64,000 nt of DNA, taken from the NCBI GenBank assembly GCA_028714235.1, contig JAQTMQ010000002.1, positions 8,154 to 72,153 on the forward strand, given 5' to 3'. Position numbers and translations under genes: made by a program. Every line of letters begins with the position of its first letter. Position 1 is the first letter of the stretch. The DNA is from Candidatus Iainarchaeum sp. (GTDB taxonomy: Archaea; Micrarchaeota; Micrarchaeia; Burarchaeales; Fermentimicrarchaeaceae). The notes under the pieces are model-generated. The model was given only the letters and a program-made list of their open reading frames with translations. It had not been told where the DNA came from and made no database searches. Shown here in pieces: positions 37,460 through 46,576 of this stretch.

Positions 37460-39451
37460 ATGGGGGTGTGCGCTTTGGCTGGCGTTCGGTTCAAGGAAAA
37501 CGCGGCTGCCTCCGCTTTCGCGGACGGCGAAAAATTCATGTTCAGCGGGAAGCAGTACGAACTCCTGCGGATTCCGAACCCCCTCCTCAAATGGCTTGAG
37601 GGCGACGCGCTCACGCCCGGGCAAAAGGAAGCGTACCGCAACGTGCTTGAGGCGCTGCTTCCGGTGCGCGAGCTGACGGACCGGATAGGCTCGAGGCAGC
37701 TCTCGGGGAACGCGGGCGAGGCGATTGGCTGGCTCGGCGAAGCCCTGGAAGCGATTCCGAAAACGTCCGCGAACGCGGAGCTCGTCAGGAACCTCCGAAT
37801 CTACGTCATGTTCGCCTCGCACGGCATATCGCTCTCCAATCCGAGGGACGACGTGAAATACGTTCCATCGTTCACGCGCAAGTCCCTCAGGAAGGCGATT
37901 GAATCCATCGGCGACGGTCCGGTCCGCTCCGGGCTTTTGAAGCGTTTCGACGCGAACGCGAGGGAAATCTTCTCGGCAGAGCCCGTTTTCCCGGGCGCGA
38001 ACGTTTACCGCTTCCGGACGCAGAAGGACAAGAAGAGGTTTTTGCGGGGCCTCGGGCCCGAATACCGGCGCCTGCAGGAGGAGCTGGACTCCAAGGTCAG
38101 GGAATCCATCGCCTTCCCGGAGGCCGGCACCAAGGAGATTGCGAGGCTGAGCTTGGAGATGATGGGAATCCAGGCCAAGGCGCTGAAAAAGCAGCTGGCG
38201 GGCGCGAGCTGCGAACGCCGGGACGACAAGAACACGATAGTCTTCATGTCTTACGACAGGAATGGACGGATGACCGCGGAAACGAAGACGTACGAAGAGG
38301 AGTTCGGGCCCGAATTGAAGGAGATTTCCCGCTGCTTCCGGGAAGCGGGCGAAAAGGCGAAACCCGTTTCCGGGAAGCTTTCGAGGCAGCTTGCCCTGCT
38401 CTCCGAAGCGGTGCTCAGCGGCGACTACTCGCAAGCGGAGGAGACGTGGCTCCGCATGAGCCCTGCCGATTCGCTCGTGGACGTCTACTTCGGCTACCCG
38501 GAAACCTACTTCACCTTCAACAACCGCAAGGGCGAATACGAGTTCAGGCTGGGAATCGCGAACCCGGCCCCCGACCCCCTGCTGGAGGCGGTCAAGGGCG
38601 ACGAGCGCTTCGGTTCGCTCGCAATCGTGAAGCTTGACGACTTCGCCACGGGCGGCCGCGCCCACCGCATGGGCAGCATCGGGAAAAAGCTTCCCAGCGG
38701 CCCAAGCCCGTTCTACAAGGACATCATAATCGCCAACGTAATCCACGAAACGACCATGAGGAGGCATGCCCTCATGCCGGAGTTCGTGCGCCTGCCCGGA
38801 GGCGACCTTACCGGGGAGGACATGAAACAGGTCTTCGCCGCCACCGTCCCGTCCGTGGAGTCGCACGAGATAGCCCACATCTTCGGAGGCGCGGGTGCCG
38901 AGCACCTGCTGGGCCGCTTCAACGTGATTGAGGAATGCAGCGCGGAAAGCAACGGCGCCGCACTTGCCGAAACCATCGGGCGCGAGCACAGGAAGGGCCT
39001 CATGCTCTGCATGGCCGCGCGCGGCCCGTTCCGGATGCTCGTCGGCCTTTCCGGCGCGCACGAAAGGACGAACATCTACATCACGGGCAGGATGCTGGAG
39101 GAAGGCGCGATCGCCATGGACGCCGGCTCGGGCAAGCTCGTCGTGGACGTGGACAAGTCGGTGCCCGTCCTGAAAAAGATTGGCGAGGAATGCCTGCTCC
39201 TTGAAAACCCGGAAGCGTCTCCGGAAAATGCCAAGGCGCTTCTGGCCCCGGAGCTGAAGGAGCTTGAAGCGAAAGGCGGGCCTCCAGACCTGAAAGCCGC
39301 GGCCTACATGCGCGCGGAAGCCATGTTCGGGGACGAGAACATCGGGCGGATTGCCGAAATCCTCGAGCCCGCCGCGGACAAGATTCGCGGCAAGCCCCTC
39401 CTGTTCGACGTCGCCGACTACCTTGACGACCCGTTCAACAAGAGGGTTTAG
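37460..39451 (+). CDS. putative gluzincin-type zinc metallopeptidase (HEIAH-X18-EE), tandem paralog 2
   Basis: Also exactly 663 aa, with motif SHEIAHIFGGAGAEHLLGRFNVIEECSAESN and the same C-terminal DDPFNKRV tail as paralog 1 (DDPLNKRV). Confidence 0.65.
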   Translation: MGVCALAGVRFKENAAASAFADGEKFMFSGKQYELLRIPNPLLKWLEGDALTPGQKEAYRNVLEALLPVRELTDRIGSRQLSGNAGEAIGWLGEALEAIPKTSANAELVRNLRIYVMFASHGISLSNPRDDVKYVPSFTRKSLRKAIESIGDGPVRSGLLKRFDANAREIFSAEPVFPGANVYRFRTQKDKKRFLRGLGPEYRRLQEELDSKVRESIAFPEAGTKEIARLSLEMMGIQAKALKKQLAGASCERRDDKNTIVFMSYDRNGRMTAETKTYEEEFGPELKEISRCFREAGEKAKPVSGKLSRQLALLSEAVLSGDYSQAEETWLRMSPADSLVDVYFGYPETYFTFNNRKGEYEFRLGIANPAPDPLLEAVKGDERFGSLAIVKLDDFATGGRAHRMGSIGKKLPSGPSPFYKDIIIANVIHETTMRRHALMPEFVRLPGGDLTGEDMKQVFAATVPSVESHEIAHIFGGAGAEHLLGRFNVIEECSAESNGAALAETIGREHRKGLMLCMAARGPFRMLVGLSGAHERTNIYITGRMLEEGAIAMDAGSGKLVVDVDKSVPVLKKIGEECLLLENPEASPENAKALLAPELKELEAKGGPPDLKAAAYMRAEAMFGDENIGRIAEILEPAADKIRGKPLLFDVADYLDDPFNKRV

Positions 39452-39468
39452 CCCGCCGATTGGCGCGC

Positions 39469-40425
39469 TCAAAGCGATTTCAGGAATTCCTTGTCCGGGC
39501 CGCCTTCAGCCGCGCGTGCGCGCTTCGAAAGCTCGTCCGCAACGCCTTTCGGGAGCTCGATTCCCGCCTGCTTCGCGTAAGCCGCGCCCAGCTTCGCGGT
39601 CTCGTAGTTGCAGTTTCTTCCCGCGTAGCCGAGCCATTCCTCGGCTCCGGCCGCCTCGAGCTCCTTGACCGCGGAAACCCATGCCTTGTGGTCTTTAGGC
39701 TTGAACTCGTTCGCCACGTACAGCAGGCATGAAACGGAAGTGTCGCGCACCCGCGAAAAGCTTTCGTAGAAAACCATCCCTATGCGGTTCGGGTTTATTT
39801 CCCGCCTTATCCGGGCAAACGCCTCAACCGCCTTTTCGGCCCCGCTGCCCGCGCGCGTCGCAAGGAAGGCGCCGTTCGCAAGCCCGTAGGAAACCTCGTG
39901 GGACGCCTCGCCAAAAAGCCCGGCCAGCAAGTCCTGCCCCCTGAAGAGAAAACGCGGATATTCCTTCCCGTTTATGAGGCACTCCATCACTTCCGCGTCG
40001 TGGCCCGAGAATCTTTCCCTCAGGAATTCGGCCTCCTTTTTCGTGAACTTCGTATTCTTCATCGCGGCCCGCGACTTCTCCAAAGCCGAAGAAAACTTCT
40101 TCCGTTCCTCATTTCCCGTCTTCCTCTCTTCCATCGCGCGCTCAAGGTTCCAGCCGTCCGAAAATGCGTCGTACCTCTTGTGCGCCTTGTTCATCAGGTT
40201 CGCGAGGAACAGGGCGTTGCCGATTGCCTGCCTGCCGCTTTTCTGGAAGAAGTCGATTTCGTGCTGCCGCTCCCGGGTCACGCCGGCCAAGTAGAGCATG
40301 TTGAATTCCGTCGTGGGGAAACGCTCGGCCTTTTCCTTCCTCTCCGCGAAAAGCGCTCCCGGCTCCCTGTCAAACCGCTTCTTTTCCGGTCCGCTCCTGA
40401 ACTCATACGACGGCATCCAATCCAC
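39469..40425 (-). CDS. hypothetical protein
   Basis: 318-aa charged helical protein. No family recognised. Confidence 0.45.
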   Translation of the reverse strand: MDWMPSYEFRSGPEKKRFDREPGALFAERKEKAERFPTTEFNMLYLAGVTRERQHEIDFFQKSGRQAIGNALFLANLMNKAHKRYDAFSDGWNLERAMEERKTGNEERKKFSSALEKSRAAMKNTKFTKKEAEFLRERFSGHDAEVMECLINGKEYPRFLFRGQDLLAGLFGEASHEVSYGLANGAFLATRAGSGAEKAVEAFARIRREINPNRIGMVFYESFSRVRDTSVSCLLYVANEFKPKDHKAWVSAVKELEAAGAEEWLGYAGRNCNYETAKLGAAYAKQAGIELPKGVADELSKRARAAEGGPDKEFLKSL

Positions 40426-40478
40426 CCCAATCGCTTCTCAGCATTTTTCGACTTCAAGAGTCAACTTCCGCTCTCTTT

Positions 40479-40865
40479 TCAGCCTATCCTGAACGTCGGG
40501 CCCCGGGGCAGTTCCTCCCCGTAAATGCGGCGGATTTCGTTCTCCCGCTTCTCACGGAGTTCTCTCGCCCTTTTTGCCGCGCCGGGCGCCAAATCGCGCG
40601 CGAACCCGCTTATTTCCGGGTCTGTAACATCCTGGAGCTTTTTAATCTCGGCGACCTGCCCGTTCTCCGCGAGCAGGTGGACCGCGTTCTTCCGGACGTA
40701 GCCGTCCTGCCCGGCATCCTTCGCCACCTTAACGAGCCAGTCCCACGTGCTATTGGCCGCAAAAATCCGGTTGTTGTCAAGCGCATCCCAAACGTCCACT
40801 TTTTTCCCGGTCACGCTTTTCTCCGCCAACGAAACCACCAAGTACCCTTCATGCTTTCCCTTCAC
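40479..40865 (-). CDS. small HEAT/PBS-lyase-like repeat protein
   Basis: VRKNAVHLLAENG matches the PBS-HEAT signature. Confidence 0.45.
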   Translation of the reverse strand: MKGKHEGYLVVSLAEKSVTGKKVDVWDALDNNRIFAANSTWDWLVKVAKDAGQDGYVRKNAVHLLAENGQVAEIKKLQDVTDPEISGFARDLAPGAAKRARELREKRENEIRRIYGEELPRGPTFRIG

Positions 40866-41126
40866 TCCGCGCAGGACAGGTTATTAAAACTGACGACAGC
40901 CGCCGTCCAAACTGATTAGCCTTTTAAATCCTAACGCGCCTAATTACCGCGTTGTTGTTTGATTGGGGTCTTTTCGGGCGCTTCCGGCGGCAGGGCTTGC
41001 CCTGCCAGCAATGAAAAACCGGCGCGCCCAGGTTGGAGTTGTTTGAGCCGCCTGGCGCGAGCCGTGGCAGCTGACGAAAGGGCTTGCAATTAATTAGGTT
41101 TCGCAAGGCAAATGCTTGAGTGAGGT

Positions 41127-41849
41127 GTGTTTTGGATGTACCCTGTTTCTCCGCAGGCATACGATAGGGCCATAACCGTCTTCAGCCCTGACGGGAGGCT
41201 TTTCCAGGTGGAATACGCGAAGGAGGCGGTGAAGAGGGGCGCGACCGCAATCGGCGTGGTCTGCGGCGAGGGAGTGGTGCTCGTCGCCCACAAGTCCATG
41301 GCCTCCACGCTCCTCGAGCCCGAGTACATGAGGAAGATTTTCATGATTGACGGCCACATCGCCGCCACGGCGAGCGGCCTCGTCGGCGACGCGCGCCGGC
41401 TCGTCGACCTGTCGAGGCTCGAGTCGCAGAAGCACAAGATGACTTACGGCGAGGACGTGACGGTGGAAGCGGTCGCGAAAAACATCAGCGACCTCGCGCA
41501 GGCGTACACGCAGTACGGCGGGGCGAGGCCGTTCGGCGTCTCTCTTTTGCTCGGGGGGATTGACTCGGAGCCAAAGCTTTTCGAGGTTGACCCGTCGGGC
41601 GCGCTTTCGGGCTACAAGGCGGCCGCCATCGGGGCGGGCAAGAAGGAGGCCGAGGACTTCCTTGAGAAGGAGTACAAGGAGGGCGCGGGCATTGACGACA
41701 CCGTCGCGCTCGCCTTGCGCGCGCTGAAGAGGACGGTTGACGCGAAGCTCGGCCCGGAAAACGTTGACGTCGCCATCATCTCCAGGAAGGGCATGAAGTT
41801 CGAGTTCCTGGGCGCGGCCGAGATTTCCAAGTACTTGTCCAAGGCTTGA
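41127..41849 (+). CDS. psmA: proteasome alpha subunit
   Basis: YDRAITVFSPDGRLFQVEYAKEAVKRGATAIGV... Confidence 0.9.
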   Translation: MFWMYPVSPQAYDRAITVFSPDGRLFQVEYAKEAVKRGATAIGVVCGEGVVLVAHKSMASTLLEPEYMRKIFMIDGHIAATASGLVGDARRLVDLSRLESQKHKMTYGEDVTVEAVAKNISDLAQAYTQYGGARPFGVSLLLGGIDSEPKLFEVDPSGALSGYKAAAIGAGKKEAEDFLEKEYKEGAGIDDTVALALRALKRTVDAKLGPENVDVAIISRKGMKFEFLGAAEISKYLSKA

Positions 41850-41853
41850 GCGG

Positions 41854-42546
41854 ATGGTTTCCCTAGACGACGCGGTAATCGCCAGGATTTCGGTCAACGG
41901 CAAGCATTTCGAGCTTTTCGTGGACCCTGACGCGGCTTTCAAGTACAAGACGGGCGCGAAGACGGACCTCTCGAACATCCTCGTGGTCGAGGAAGTCTTC
42001 GAGGACGCGAGGAAGGGCGAGCGGCACACCGAGGCCGAAATAAAGAAGGCCTTCCAGACGACGGACATCAACAAGATTGCCGAGATAATGCTCAAGAGGG
42101 GCGAGGTGCCCGTCACGACGGAGCAGAAGAAGCGGCTCCTCGAGGAGAAGCAGAAGAAGATTGTCGCGATTATAGCGAGGGAGGCGATTGACCCGAGGAC
42201 TGGCGCGCCGCACCCGCCGCAGAGGATTGAGAGGGCGATGGAGGAGGCGCGCGTCAGGATTGACGAGTTCAAGGACGCGGAGGCGCAGATTGAGGAGGTG
42301 CTCAAGGAGCTTCGCCCCATCCTCCCCTTGAAGTTTGAGAAGGTCAAGGTCGCGGCGCGGATTCCCGCGGAATACGCGAACAGGATTTACGGGGCCGTGA
42401 AGCAGTACGGAATCAGGCAGGAGGAATGGCAGAAGGACGGCTCGCTCATAGTGGTCGTGGAGATGCCCGCGGGAATGCAGGGCGAGTTTTACGGGCAGCT
42501 CAACAAGCTGACCGCGGGAAGCGTTGAAACCAAGGTCGTGAAGTAG
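41854..42546 (+). CDS. SBDS/Sdo1-family ribosome maturation protein
   Basis: FELFVDPDAAFKYKTG...NILVVEEVFEDARKGERHTEAEIKKAF and its position after psmA, as in the archaeal exosome superoperon. Confidence 0.85.
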   Translation: MVSLDDAVIARISVNGKHFELFVDPDAAFKYKTGAKTDLSNILVVEEVFEDARKGERHTEAEIKKAFQTTDINKIAEIMLKRGEVPVTTEQKKRLLEEKQKKIVAIIAREAIDPRTGAPHPPQRIERAMEEARVRIDEFKDAEAQIEEVLKELRPILPLKFEKVKVAARIPAEYANRIYGAVKQYGIRQEEWQKDGSLIVVVEMPAGMQGEFYGQLNKLTAGSVETKVVK

Positions 42547-42672
42547 CTTTTGTGTTTGCGAAGTTTTGTTTGCGAAGGTGAGTGCTTGTTTGGAGCGAAG
42601 AGGTTTGGGAAGGAAAAGTTCGAGAGGGCGGGGTTCCGCGGCGGGAGGCGGGGAGGCCAGCAGTTCGCCCCC

Positions 42673-43359
42673 ATGCCGCAGGCGCCTGCCGCGGGCGCGG
42701 AGCAGGAGCGCCACGGCCCGGAAAGCCACGGCGAGCCGGCGCGGAAGTCGCGCCTCGTGGTTCCCGGGGAGCTTCTGGGCGCGGCGGGGAGGCCGATTCC
42801 CCACACGTTCACCGAGAAAGGCAGCGCCTATTCCAGCGTTGTCGGGCTTTTTGACGACGCTTCCGGGAAGCTCATCCCGCTCGAGGGAGTCTACACGCCG
42901 GCCCTTGACGACGTGGTCGTCGGCGTGGTGGTCGCGGTGAGGTTTGCCGGCTTCACGCTTGACCTGAAGTCGCCTTACGAGGGCTTCATTTCCGGGAAGG
43001 ACACGCGCGACGTGTTCAAGCTCGGCGAAGTGCTCGTTTCGCGCGTGAAGGAGGTGGACGAGGTCAGGAACGTGGACCTCACCGAGGCGTCGAAGCTCGA
43101 GGGCGGCGAGATAATCGAGATTCCCTCCGTGAAGGTGCCGCGCGTCATCGGCAAGAACTCCTCCATGATCCGCATGCTGCAGGACGCGACTAAAAGCGAG
43201 ATTGTCGTGGGCAAGAACGGGAGGATTTGGGTGAAGGGCGGGAATTCCGCGCTCGCGATTGAGGCGATTCTGAAGATTGAGAGGGAAGCCCACACGCAGG
43301 GGCTGACCGACCGGATCAGCGCGCTTTTGGGGTCCGGCGGCCAGTCCAGGGGCGTTTAG
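42673..43359 (+). CDS. rrp4: exosome RNA-binding subunit Rrp4 (S1 + KH domains)
   Basis: It has VVPGELLG, S1-like GDVVVGVV and KH-like IPSVKVPRVIGKNSSMIRML. The start is uncertain: the long ORF opens at 42550, and ATG 42673 was chosen. Confidence 0.8.
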   Translation: MPQAPAAGAEQERHGPESHGEPARKSRLVVPGELLGAAGRPIPHTFTEKGSAYSSVVGLFDDASGKLIPLEGVYTPALDDVVVGVVVAVRFAGFTLDLKSPYEGFISGKDTRDVFKLGEVLVSRVKEVDEVRNVDLTEASKLEGGEIIEIPSVKVPRVIGKNSSMIRMLQDATKSEIVVGKNGRIWVKGGNSALAIEAILKIEREAHTQGLTDRISALLGSGGQSRGV

Positions 43360-43367
43360 CGCTGAAG

Positions 43368-44216
43368 GTGTTTTTGATGGACAAGCCGAAACTCATTGTT
43401 GACGGGAAAAGGATGGACGGCCGCGCGATGGACGAGCTGCGCCCGATCCTGATAAAGGCGGGCGTGCTCAACAAGGCGGACGGCTCCGCCTACATCGAGT
43501 GGGGCAAGAACAAGGTTCTTGCCGCGGTGTACGGGCCGAGGGAGTGCATTCCCAAGCACGACGAGAACCCCTACAAGGCGCTCGTCAGGTGCACTTACAG
43601 GATGTCGCCCTTCTGCTCGCTTGAGGAGCACGGGCGGCGCGGCCCCTCGCGCAGGGGAACCGAAATCTCGAAGCTCATCTCCAACGTTTTCGACACGGTC
43701 GTGATGGCGGAGCATTTCCCGAAGACCGCGATAGACATTTTCGTAGAGGTGCTGCAGGCGGACGGCGGGACGCGGGTCGCGGGCCTCACGGCCGCGGCGG
43801 TCGCACTCGCGGACGCGGGCATCCCGATGAAGGACGTCGTGTGCGGAGTCGCGGCCGGAAAGATTGACGGCGAGATTGCAGTGGACTTCGGCAAGTACGA
43901 GGACAATTTCGGCGAGTCCGACATCCCGGTCGCGGTTTCGCCGCGGACGGGCGAGCTCCTGCTTTTGCAGATGGACGGGATGCTCACGAAGGATGAGGTC
44001 ATGAGGTCCGTTGACATGGCGATTTCCGCGAGCATGAAGGTGCACGAGCTCCAGGTCGCCGCGCTGAAGGAGCGCTACGCGGAGAAGGAGAAAAGCGGCG
44101 CGCTCGGCGGGGAGGGCGACAACGGGGGCGGGAGCCTTCCTTCGGACGCGGGGGGCGGGAGGCAGGGAATGGCGCTGCAGCCGGTTCCCGGCGATGCGGG
44201 GGAGAGCGCCCGATAA
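43368..44216 (+). CDS. rrp41: exosome RNase PH subunit Rrp41
   Basis: RNase PH fold (DGRAMDELRPI...DGSAYIEWGKNKVLAAVYGPRE). Confidence 0.9.
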   Translation: MFLMDKPKLIVDGKRMDGRAMDELRPILIKAGVLNKADGSAYIEWGKNKVLAAVYGPRECIPKHDENPYKALVRCTYRMSPFCSLEEHGRRGPSRRGTEISKLISNVFDTVVMAEHFPKTAIDIFVEVLQADGGTRVAGLTAAAVALADAGIPMKDVVCGVAAGKIDGEIAVDFGKYEDNFGESDIPVAVSPRTGELLLLQMDGMLTKDEVMRSVDMAISASMKVHELQVAALKERYAEKEKSGALGGEGDNGGGSLPSDAGGGRQGMALQPVPGDAGESAR

Positions 44217-44219
44217 CTG

Positions 44220-45002
44220 GTGGTTTTGATGGTCGAAATTCTTGACGAGGTTAGGAAGGAGTTCGTGAAGGACCTGATTGCTAACGGCAAGAGGCCGAGC
44301 GGCAGGGCTTTCGACGAGTTCAGGCCGGCGACGGTAGAGCAGAACGTGATTCCGAACGCGGAGGGAAGCGCGAGGGTGCACCTCGGGAAGACACAGGTGC
44401 TCGCGGGCGTGAAGCTCGGCATCGGGGAGCCGTTCGCGGACAAGCCGGACGAGGGCATGCTTTCCACGAACGCCGAGCTTCTGCAGCTCGCGCACCCGAC
44501 TTTCGAGTCCGGGCCCCCGGACGCGCGCTCCGTGGAGCTTGCGCGCGTGGTTGACCGGGGAATCAGGAGCAGCAGCGCGGTCGACCTGAAGGCGCTCTTC
44601 ATAGAGGAGGGGAAGGCGTGGAATTTCTTCCTGGACCTCTACATCCTCGACCACGACGGCAACCTGATTGACGCGGCAGCGCTTGCGGCGATGTCCGCAA
44701 TCCTCTGCGCGAAGCAGCCCCGGCTCGAGGACGGGAAGGTTGTCCGCGAGGGCTCGCTCGGGCTCGTCAAGTCCGGCGCGACCTGCGTGGCGACGACCTT
44801 CGGGAAAATCGGCTCGACGATAGTCGCGGACCCGGACCTTGACGAGGAGAAGGCGATGGACGCGCGGCTCACGATTACGACTACGCCGGACCGCGTGTGC
44901 TCCATCCAGAAGGGGTGCGCCGGCGGGTTCACCCGCGACGAAGTCGCGTCGCTCATAGACCTCGCCTTCGAGAAGGGGAAGGGGCTGAGGGCGCTTTTAT
45001 AA
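44220..45002 (+). CDS. rrp42: exosome subunit Rrp42
   Basis: Inactive RNase PH fold (GKRPSGRAFDEFRP...EGSARVHLGKTQVLAGV). Confidence 0.85.
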   Translation: MVLMVEILDEVRKEFVKDLIANGKRPSGRAFDEFRPATVEQNVIPNAEGSARVHLGKTQVLAGVKLGIGEPFADKPDEGMLSTNAELLQLAHPTFESGPPDARSVELARVVDRGIRSSSAVDLKALFIEEGKAWNFFLDLYILDHDGNLIDAAALAAMSAILCAKQPRLEDGKVVREGSLGLVKSGATCVATTFGKIGSTIVADPDLDEEKAMDARLTITTTPDRVCSIQKGCAGGFTRDEVASLIDLAFEKGKGLRALL

Positions 45003-45036
45003 TCAGCTTGTATAAAAGGCTTGAAATTGTCCGAGA

Positions 45037-45315
45037 GTGATTGCGATGGTTAAGCTTGGAGTGAGAAGCGGTGCGGAGCTCAGGAAGAGGTCGGCAGCCG
45101 CAAGGAAGCAGAAGCAGTCCAGGTACGAATGCCCGAAATGCGGGAAGGCGGCCGTCAAGCGCGCCGGAAACTCGCGGTGGGAATGCCGCTCCTGCGGCGG
45201 CAAGTTCGCCGGGGGCGCGTACTCGCTGACGACGCCGGTCGGCCAGGCCGCGCGCAGGGTGATGGAGAACATCAGGAAGGGCGGCAGCGTTGCCGCGAAG
45301 AAGTCGCCGGGGTGA
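45037..45315 (+). CDS. rpl37ae: ribosomal protein L37Ae (eL43)
   Basis: C4 zinc ribbon CPKCGKAAVKRAGNSRWECRSCG. Confidence 0.9.
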   Translation: MIAMVKLGVRSGAELRKRSAAARKQKQSRYECPKCGKAAVKRAGNSRWECRSCGGKFAGGAYSLTTPVGQAARRVMENIRKGGSVAAKKSPG

Positions 45316-45322
45316 AGATGCC

Positions 45323-45454
45323 ATGTACCGCTGCTCTAAGTGCAAGCAGTCAATAAAGGAGCTTGACGATATTTTCGTGCGCTGCCCGTACTGCGGCAAC
45401 CGCGTGCTCTTCAAGGAGCGCCCGCCGGTGGCAAAAGAGGTTCCCACAAGCTGA
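45323..45454 (+). CDS. rpoP: DNA-directed RNA polymerase subunit P (RpoP/Rpc10)
   Basis: A 43-aa ORF not present in the supplied ORF track (MYRCSKCKQSIKELDDIFVRCPYCGNRVLFKERPPVAKEVPTS). It has a CxxC...CxxC zinc ribbon, in the canonical position after L37ae. Confidence 0.8.
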   Translation: MYRCSKCKQSIKELDDIFVRCPYCGNRVLFKERPPVAKEVPTS

Positions 45455-45460
45455 TTCGGG

Positions 45461-45940
45461 ATGGGCGTGCTCGTGACGACCGGCAGGAACCCGTGCGGCG
45501 AGGCGCGCGAACTCTGCCGCTCCCTCGCGTCCGTCCTCCCGCTCGCGGCATGCGAGAACCGGGGGAACAAGACGATTGAGGGCGTCGTTTCGCGGGCAAG
45601 GCTTTACGGGAAAAAGCGCGTCGCGGTAATAAGCTGCGGGAACGGGAAGGTTTCCGGGATGAGCTTTGCGAAAGTCACCGGCTCCTCGTGGGAGTGGCTG
45701 GGCGCGCCGGCCGGAATCCGCGGCGTGCGCTTCAACGGCGCGCCGAAGGCCGCCGCGTGCTGCGCGGAATTCACGGGCGCGCGCGCGGGCGAGTGGCGCG
45801 CGCTACTGGAATCCGGGGACCGCCTCGCGGAATGCGGCTGCCCGGGGGATGGGGCCTGCCTCGCGGTCGTCTGCGGGGAGAAGTCGGTTTCGTTCGTCCT
45901 CTCGGGGAAAAAGGTGGGGCCCGAACTCGCGCTCGAATGA
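45461..45940 (+). CDS. Brix-domain (Imp4-like) protein
   Basis: VLVTTGRNPCGEARELCRSLASVLPLAACENRGNKTI matches the archaeal Brix N-terminus (LLTTSRKPS..R.FA.EL..VLPNS.Y.NRGK). Confidence 0.75.
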   Translation: MGVLVTTGRNPCGEARELCRSLASVLPLAACENRGNKTIEGVVSRARLYGKKRVAVISCGNGKVSGMSFAKVTGSSWEWLGAPAGIRGVRFNGAPKAAACCAEFTGARAGEWRALLESGDRLAECGCPGDGACLAVVCGEKSVSFVLSGKKVGPELALE

Positions 45941-45967
45941 GCCGCGGCGCGGCCGCGTGGTGTCTTC

Positions 45968-46204
45968 ATGGTTGAGGGAACTGTCAGGGTCGGGTTCGAT
46001 TCCGTTGCCGACGCGAAGGCCGCGCTTTGCGCGCTCAAGTCGGAGTGCGGCGACTTCGGCCGCTCGAAATCGGCGGCGAAGCGTTCCGGCAAGGAGGTCG
46101 TCGTGAGCGTGAAGGCGGGCGACGTCGTGGCCTTGCGCGCGTCGCTCAACACGTGCCTTAGGCTTCTTTCCGTCGTGAAGAATGGTTTGGGGGAAGGTGT
46201 TTGA
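45968..46204 (+). CDS. pcc1: KEOPS subunit Pcc1-like
   Basis: 78 aa. ...VKAGDVVALRASLNTCLRLLSVV parallels the archaeal Pcc1 block ...ATDSSALRGTVNSYLRWIKAA. Confidence 0.6.
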   Translation: MVEGTVRVGFDSVADAKAALCALKSECGDFGRSKSAAKRSGKEVVVSVKAGDVVALRASLNTCLRLLSVVKNGLGEGV

Positions 46205-46559
46205 ATTGGCCGAATTGCCTCCGGAGATTGAGAGCAAGCTCGCCGAATTCCAGGGCTCGCAGGAGCAGCTGCAGCTCGTTTCGGCGCAGAAGATGCAGGT
46301 GAAAATGCAGCTTGACGAGGTGGATGCGGCGGCCGAGGCGCTTAAGGGCGCAACCGGGAAGGTGTTCAAGTCGGTCGGCATGCTCGTCCTGGAGTCCGAC
46401 AGGGAAACCGTTTCAAGGGAGCTCGCAGAGAGGAAGGAGGCGCTTTCCGTGCGCGCGCAGGTCCTCGGCAAGCAGGAGGAACGGCTCCGCAAGCGGCTCC
46501 TTGAGCTTAGGAGCGAGATAGAGTCCGCGACGAAGGGAATGAAGCCTTCGGGCGGCTGA
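46182..46559 (+). CDS. pfdB: prefoldin beta subunit
   Basis: 125-aa coiled-coil/beta-hairpin/coiled-coil (LPPEIESKLAEFQGSQEQLQLVSAQKMQVKMQLDEVDAA...). It overlaps the Pcc1 end by 23 nt. Confidence 0.75.
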   Translation: MVWGKVFELAELPPEIESKLAEFQGSQEQLQLVSAQKMQVKMQLDEVDAAAEALKGATGKVFKSVGMLVLESDRETVSRELAERKEALSVRAQVLGKQEERLRKRLLELRSEIESATKGMKPSGG

Positions 46560-46576
46560 GCGGGAGGTGGGCGGAA

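Noticed and set aside
36836-39472. 878-aa minus-strand ORF
   Set aside because: Antisense to the two metallopeptidase paralogs. Low-complexity R/G/P translation.
40990-41080. C/D-box sRNA upstream of psmA
   Set aside because: A CTGA (D-box-like) element is present, but no RUGAUGA C box at the right spacing.
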